Assembly: GCA_038858525.1 (NCBI GenBank)
Contig: JAWCFL010000029.1
Span: 1 to 18,876, forward strand
Direction: 5' to 3'
Source of the DNA: Candidatus Jordarchaeales archaeon
GTDB lineage: Archaea; Asgardarchaeota; Jordiarchaeia; Jordiarchaeales; Freyrarchaeaceae
Length of the DNA: 18,876 nucleotides
Of this stretch, positions 14,110-18,876 are shown one piece after another; positions within the stretch are counted from its first letter, which is position 1, and the number at the start of each line of letters is the position of its first letter. The notes under the pieces were generated by a model that was not told the origin of the DNA, ran no database searches, and was given only the letters and a program-made list of their open reading frames with translations. A program made the position numbers and the translations under genes.

Positions 14110-15786
14110 GTGGTTGGTTTGGTGGACGTTAGGAGGCTTTCTTATAGAATTGGTTTTCCCTCGCTCTATTATCCGAGAATTTCTCTGGGGGAATACTTGG
14201 ATAACGCCGTCAGGAAGTATGGCGAGAAGACTGCCTTGATATACGCTGAGCCGAGGTTTACGTTTGATTCGCCCGAGGTGATGACCTTCAACATGTTGGG
14301 TGAGCTGACTAATAGGCTTGCCAGCTCTTTGCTTCGTGTTGGGGTTCGTAGGGGGAGTAGGGTTGGCGTTATGCTTCCAAACTCGCCCGACTACGTTTTG
14401 GTCACGTATGCGAACTGGAAGCTTGGGGCGACGCAGGTTCCGATCAACCCTATGTATCGGGAGTACGAGCTTGAGCACGTTATGAGTGACGCCGAGGTTT
14501 CAACCCTCGTCATTCATAGCGACCTTTACCCGGTATTCCAGAACGTTGGAAGTAAAGTGCAGGTTGAGAGGGTTATCGTAGCTGGGGGCGACGTTGAGGG
14601 GGCATACAGGCTCAAGGAGCTTATTGAGAGCGGGGAGGAGAAGCCCGTGTCTGTTAGCGTCGACCCAGTGGAGGATGTAGCCACGATATGTTATACTGGC
14701 GGGACAACTGGGCCGCCGAAGGGAGCGATGCTCACACATTATAACCTTGTCGTGAACGCTATTCAGCTGGCTGCGGCGCTCGGGGTCAGCCACATGGATA
14801 CCCACGTGGGGAGCATGCCCATGTTTCACATGGCTGAGTTCGGCTTCTTCAACATTCTGCTTGGCGTCGGCGGCACCTACGTCATAATGGGCAGGTTCGA
14901 CTTGGAGAAGCTTGCAGAGAACATAGAGAAGTATCAGGCGACCATCTCTTGGGCTGTTCCGCCAGCTTACGCGCTACTCGTAATGTACCTTGAAAACACT
15001 GATAGAAGATACGACTGGAGGTACTTGAAGTGCTTCGCTACTGGAGCGTGGCCGATAGCTAGGACTCTAATAGATAGGATGAAAGAGGTAGCTGCCAGAA
15101 AGTGCAACAATCCAAATCTGCTCCACAATCAGGTTTGGGGGATGACCGAGGCAAGCCCCATGTGTACGACTAATCCAAATGCAAGGCTTGACAGGACAGA
15201 GAGGCAAGGGATACCCTTACCCGACATAGAACTAAAAATAGTGGACATAGAGACAAGCGAAGAGATAGAAGACGTCAACAAGAGTGGCGAGGTCGTTATA
15301 TCGGGGCCAAACGTTTTTAAGGGCTACTGGAAGAGGCCGGAGGAGGATGCTAGGGCGTGGTGGGTTGACCCGAAAACAGGGAAGCGCTTCTTTAGGACAG
15401 GAGACATAGGCTACGTAGACGAGGAAGGGTTCTTCGTGTTCCAGGACAGGATCAAGGAGGTCATAAAGTATAAGGGATACACCGTGGCGCCTTTCGAGCT
15501 CGAATCCCTCATCCTTAGGCATGAAGCCGTTCTCGACGTCGCGGTCATAGGCAAGCCTGACCCTGAGGCAGGAGAGATACCGAAGGCCTTCATCGTCCTA
15601 AAACCAGAATACAGGGGGAAAGTAAGCGCCGAGGAAATCATAGAGTGGGTGAAGGAAAGAATATCAGGCTACAAGAGGATAAGGGAAGTCGAGTTTGTGG
15701 ACAGCCTTCCAAGAACGCCCGCAGGCAAGCTGCTAAGAAGAGTTCTGAGAGAAAAAGAAATAGAGAAAATTAAGAAGGTAAGCTAG
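14110..15786 (+). CDS. Class I adenylate-forming enzyme; long-chain fatty-acid/aryl-CoA ligase-like
   Basis: YTGGTTGPPKG P-loop, WGMTEASP, RTGD, DRIKEVIKYKG and PRTPAGK. Substrate cannot be determined from the sequence. Confidence 0.95.
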   Translation: MVGLVDVRRLSYRIGFPSLYYPRISLGEYLDNAVRKYGEKTALIYAEPRFTFDSPEVMTFNMLGELTNRLASSLLRVGVRRGSRVGVMLPNSPDYVLVTYANWKLGATQVPINPMYREYELEHVMSDAEVSTLVIHSDLYPVFQNVGSKVQVERVIVAGGDVEGAYRLKELIESGEEKPVSVSVDPVEDVATICYTGGTTGPPKGAMLTHYNLVVNAIQLAAALGVSHMDTHVGSMPMFHMAEFGFFNILLGVGGTYVIMGRFDLEKLAENIEKYQATISWAVPPAYALLVMYLENTDRRYDWRYLKCFATGAWPIARTLIDRMKEVAARKCNNPNLLHNQVWGMTEASPMCTTNPNARLDRTERQGIPLPDIELKIVDIETSEEIEDVNKSGEVVISGPNVFKGYWKRPEEDARAWWVDPKTGKRFFRTGDIGYVDEEGFFVFQDRIKEVIKYKGYTVAPFELESLILRHEAVLDVAVIGKPDPEAGEIPKAFIVLKPEYRGKVSAEEIIEWVKERISGYKRIREVEFVDSLPRTPAGKLLRRVLREKEIEKIKKVS

Positions 15787-16014
15787 AATCCGCATCGCAC
15801 TCCTCCACTAGAGAGCACCCGGCTTAGTCGTCATCGAAATTCCAATTGGAAAGCAGTCACCCGCCACAATGGCCGTCTCCCACCTTGTCCCCCTCACTTA
15901 CGAGGAAGCCGCCTTTGAACGGGTTTGCATGCGTTTTCAAAAATTTATAGAAAGGTTAAATTAGGGAAGATGGAGGAAAGTTTTGATTGGTTCTTGCGCT
16001 GCCCGGAGGTTTTT

Positions 16015-17886
16015 ATGGTGATTCTCGGCTACCTATTGCTGGATGAGGGTGGGGCCCCTCTGGCTACTAAGGAGCTTGTTCGTGTTTTCTTGGAGTCTGA
16101 TCAAGCGCTTTTCTCCGGTGTCGTGGTGGCGATAGGTAATGTTGCCGAAGAAGTCTTCAAATCGAAGGTTAGGCACGTCGAGCTTGAGAGCCTGCACCTC
16201 TACTTTGCCTTCGGTAAGAAGTTTAACTTGGTCCTGATAAGCGATGTGAGGGACGACAGGCTTCTCGAGGTAAGCGACGAAGCCGTTAATCGGCTGGACA
16301 AGACTGACGTTGATCCGTCACGCATCCAGTTCGACGACGAGCTCAAAAGGCGAATTAGTGGAGAAGTTGAGAGAGTAGTTTTCAGGTCTCCTCCATCAAT
16401 TCTTTCTGTGAGGAAACTTGCTGAGGTTCTACTCGCAGGACTGGACGTCAATAAGGGGGTGAAGCTGGGCTTCATCGAGGTAAAACCTAAGACTTACAAG
16501 CCGGGGCTTCTGGGCAAGATAAGGAAGATCTTCATAGGCAGGGCGACGCTTGAAGGACTTGTGGATGCATACTATAAAGGGGAGCTTTCTAAGGTCGTCG
16601 ATGAGTCTCCCTCGCTTTTTGACGATGAGAAGAATGGAGACCTGGCAAGGATACTATATGCTAAGGCGGCGCTCACCCTGAACTCCTTCGACCCCAAGAT
16701 CGAGGCGCCGCCACTTGACGAAATAAACGCCGTGATAGAATCCATCAAGGACGAGGCGGCTAGGGATTACCTGAAGGCTGAGCTTGAATCCTTCCTCGTG
16801 CTGGGCGCCTACAATAGGAGGAGAGAGCTATTCGTTGAGAGGCAGATGGAGTTTTTTAGGGGGCTCGGTGGAGCTAAGGGTGACGTGTACGCTATCATGC
16901 TCACCCCGATACCGTACGGTCCGCTCCTAGATTTTCTCGAAAGGAAGCATAAGGGGAGGTCAAGCTACCTCTACGGGTTAACCGTTGAAGCAAAGCTCCT
17001 CCTCGATATACTGACTAAGAGGCCGAAAGATATCTCCGAAGTCTTCTCGCTTTATGGAAGGTTCAAAAGGGAGTTCGACGAGGCATATAATAGTAAGTCT
17101 CTCGAAGTCTACTCATACTTCCACGTTTTACAGTTCGTTTTGGTGTGGGGGCTACTGGAAAGGAGCATTCTGCCGGATGATGGAGTTAGACTCTTGAAGC
17201 AGCTCCTAGAACTGTTCGAGTCTTACAGAGACGAGCTAATTGACAGGGGGCTTTACTGTCCAAACAGACTTAAAGCCGTGAACCTTTACTTTGCGTTCAA
17301 CCTCATACTGAGGTTGTTGCTGGAGTTAGGAGACGAGTCTGTTAAGAGACAGCTCGACAGGTACTACAATTACGTTAAGAATAAGACCGAGTGGCTCATA
17401 GGCTTAGGGGAAACTCACAGGGTAATGCTTGACATGTATTACGTTTCACTCGCCGGCTCCCTCTCCACCCTATCGAGAATGGCGGCTGAGAAGGGCTCCT
17501 TCCTGTCTGACGTGCCGAACCTGGTAATGGAGCTGGCTAGCCCAGAAATGGAGGAGTTCTGGGACTTCAACGAGTACCACTTCGTCCATTACTACGTTGA
17601 CCTGCTTGAGGCCATAGGCAACACGGCCCTATTCGTGGAGTTCGAGCGCGTCAAGCAGAACCTGCTCATGCAAGTGGCTTACGGCATAGAATCCGCCGCA
17701 GAGCTCTTCAAGGACACCCCTGTCATACACGACGTCGAGCTCCTGAAGGCTGCCAGGTTCTACATGCTCAGCGGAACAAGTGAGGGAGTTGAGGCGGCGA
17801 AAAGCATAGTTAGAGAGCTAAGGGAAACCTCCTCGCCCTTCATAGCATCAATAGCAGAGAAGATAGTCACAAGCCATGGAGGATAA
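16015..17886 (+). CDS. Asgard-type longin-like N-terminal domain plus long alpha-helical (TPR-like) region
   Basis: ATG 16015 follows GGAGGT. YLLLDEGGAPL...DQALFSGVVVAI..VAEEVF...VRHVELESLHLYF...LVLISD matches the longin beta-beta-alpha-beta-beta-beta-alpha pattern. The remainder is helical. Confidence 0.7.
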   Translation: MVILGYLLLDEGGAPLATKELVRVFLESDQALFSGVVVAIGNVAEEVFKSKVRHVELESLHLYFAFGKKFNLVLISDVRDDRLLEVSDEAVNRLDKTDVDPSRIQFDDELKRRISGEVERVVFRSPPSILSVRKLAEVLLAGLDVNKGVKLGFIEVKPKTYKPGLLGKIRKIFIGRATLEGLVDAYYKGELSKVVDESPSLFDDEKNGDLARILYAKAALTLNSFDPKIEAPPLDEINAVIESIKDEAARDYLKAELESFLVLGAYNRRRELFVERQMEFFRGLGGAKGDVYAIMLTPIPYGPLLDFLERKHKGRSSYLYGLTVEAKLLLDILTKRPKDISEVFSLYGRFKREFDEAYNSKSLEVYSYFHVLQFVLVWGLLERSILPDDGVRLLKQLLELFESYRDELIDRGLYCPNRLKAVNLYFAFNLILRLLLELGDESVKRQLDRYYNYVKNKTEWLIGLGETHRVMLDMYYVSLAGSLSTLSRMAAEKGSFLSDVPNLVMELASPEMEEFWDFNEYHFVHYYVDLLEAIGNTALFVEFERVKQNLLMQVAYGIESAAELFKDTPVIHDVELLKAARFYMLSGTSEGVEAAKSIVRELRETSSPFIASIAEKIVTSHGG

Positions 17887-17889
17887 AGC

Positions 17890-18438
17890 ATGGGGAAACT
17901 CGAGGACCTAATGCTTGAAGGCATGCTCACAGAGCTGAAAGCAACCCTCCTATACGCGGAAGCAGAGAAAAGGGCGACAGACGAGGGGTACGCCAACGTA
18001 GCCAGAATGTTCAAAGCCCTCTCAGACGCTGAGAAAATTCACCTAAATCTCTTCTCTCGCCTTTACTACGGAAGGGACGCTACAGAGGAAGATGTTGAAA
18101 ACCTCAAGGGAAAAGTGGGGTTCAACGTCGGTACCACAAAGGAAAACTTGAACGTGTGCGCGGAGGTCGAGGACGAAACCAAACAGTACATTGACGCCGC
18201 AAACACTGCGATTGAAAACGGAAACCCCGGTGCATACGTGGTCTTCACACAGCTGGCTCAAGTTGGAGAAAGCCACGCTAACGCCTGCAGAAACGCGCTG
18301 AAGCACGTCGAAAAAGAAGAAGACATGCAGCCAGAGAAAATATACGTATGCCCAACCTGCGGCTACATACAAGTCGGAGAACCCCCCTATAGGTGCCCCG
18401 TCTGCGACGAGCCAGGAAAAAACTTCATCAAGTACTAG
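17890..18438 (+). CDS. rbr: Rubrerythrin-family protein with C-terminal rubredoxin-like domain
   Basis: E15/Y22, E48-x-x-H51, E94/Y100 and H129 are present, plus CPTC...CPVC. It starts 3 bp after the longin gene stop. Confidence 0.9.
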   Translation: MGKLEDLMLEGMLTELKATLLYAEAEKRATDEGYANVARMFKALSDAEKIHLNLFSRLYYGRDATEEDVENLKGKVGFNVGTTKENLNVCAEVEDETKQYIDAANTAIENGNPGAYVVFTQLAQVGESHANACRNALKHVEKEEDMQPEKIYVCPTCGYIQVGEPPYRCPVCDEPGKNFIKY

Positions 18439-18876
18439 CCACAAAACACCACAGAAGCCCTACGCTTAAACCGGAAACCGTGTTGATCTCACAAAAAATA
18501 AAACTCCACATTTTTGTAATCCATAACACCCAGCGGCATAAAGCGAGTGCGTAATTCGACCCCCTAAGTGCAATATTAGGGCAACTACTGCTCCGTAAAA
18601 AGCGATTTTCGGAATTAGAGGCGATGAAGGATATTAAAAGGGAAAATGACGAGAATTGAGGGCTGCTGAAAACGCTCCCAGTCGACGCAACGCTCAAAGG
18701 TTAACTTGCAAATAAAAGCTGGCTGCTCCGATTCTGGCAGCGTTTTAAGAACGTTTAGAAGCCATAAGTGGCCGTCCTTCGTCCACAAACCGACGTCGGT
18801 ATGGAAATCCATTATGTTGCCCCGTTAAGGGAGTCCACTTTCCCTCTCCTTCCTACTAAAGACATTTCTCAGCTCT

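Noticed and set aside
196-18444. Numerous antisense or alternate-frame ORFs in the track (e.g. 196-543, 4682-5248, 6348-6746, 14032-14478, 18043-18444)
   Set aside because: They overlap better-supported genes and lack motifs; those in the beta-propeller gene merely mirror its repeats.
18565-18876. Short ORFs at the right edge, including ILGQLLLRKKRFSEL (faintly winged-helix-like) and the 65-aa and 89-aa minus-strand ORFs
   Set aside because: Too short and interrupted by stops, with no supporting start signals or motifs.

Overview
Archaeal accessory/defence-island-like window. It is probably from a thermophilic Asgard archaeon (Jordarchaeia/Freyarchaeia-like); this is inferred from one longin-like protein plus archaeal TATA and GGTG/GGAGG signals. 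Left to right it holds a 5'-truncated IS200/IS605 TnpB with altered catalytic and zinc residues followed by RNA hairpins, an RHH-PIN toxin-antitoxin pair, and a frameshifted PA/M28 peptidase-PKD pseudogene. Two back-to-back HEPN-MNT pairs, a small hypothetical gene, a six-repeat beta-propeller gene and a low-GC membrane protein follow. Next come a broken AbrB-PIN pair, a stand-alone Csx1 (CARF-HEPN), a DUF2400/TIGR02757-like protein fused to an Fe-S motif and a PD-(D/E)xK nuclease domain, and a second RHH-PIN pair. The right end has an acyl-CoA ligase, a longin-like plus helical protein, and a rubrerythrin. The most striking signal is inside the DUF2400 gene: an exact 37-bp duplication of native coding sequence flanks a 38-bp unrelated insert, in frame. 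This is the geometry expected from an off-target Cas1-Cas2 spacer integration. No rRNA, convincing tRNA, core cas genes or multi-spacer CRISPR array were seen. All family calls come from motifs recognised by eye; no database searches were run.
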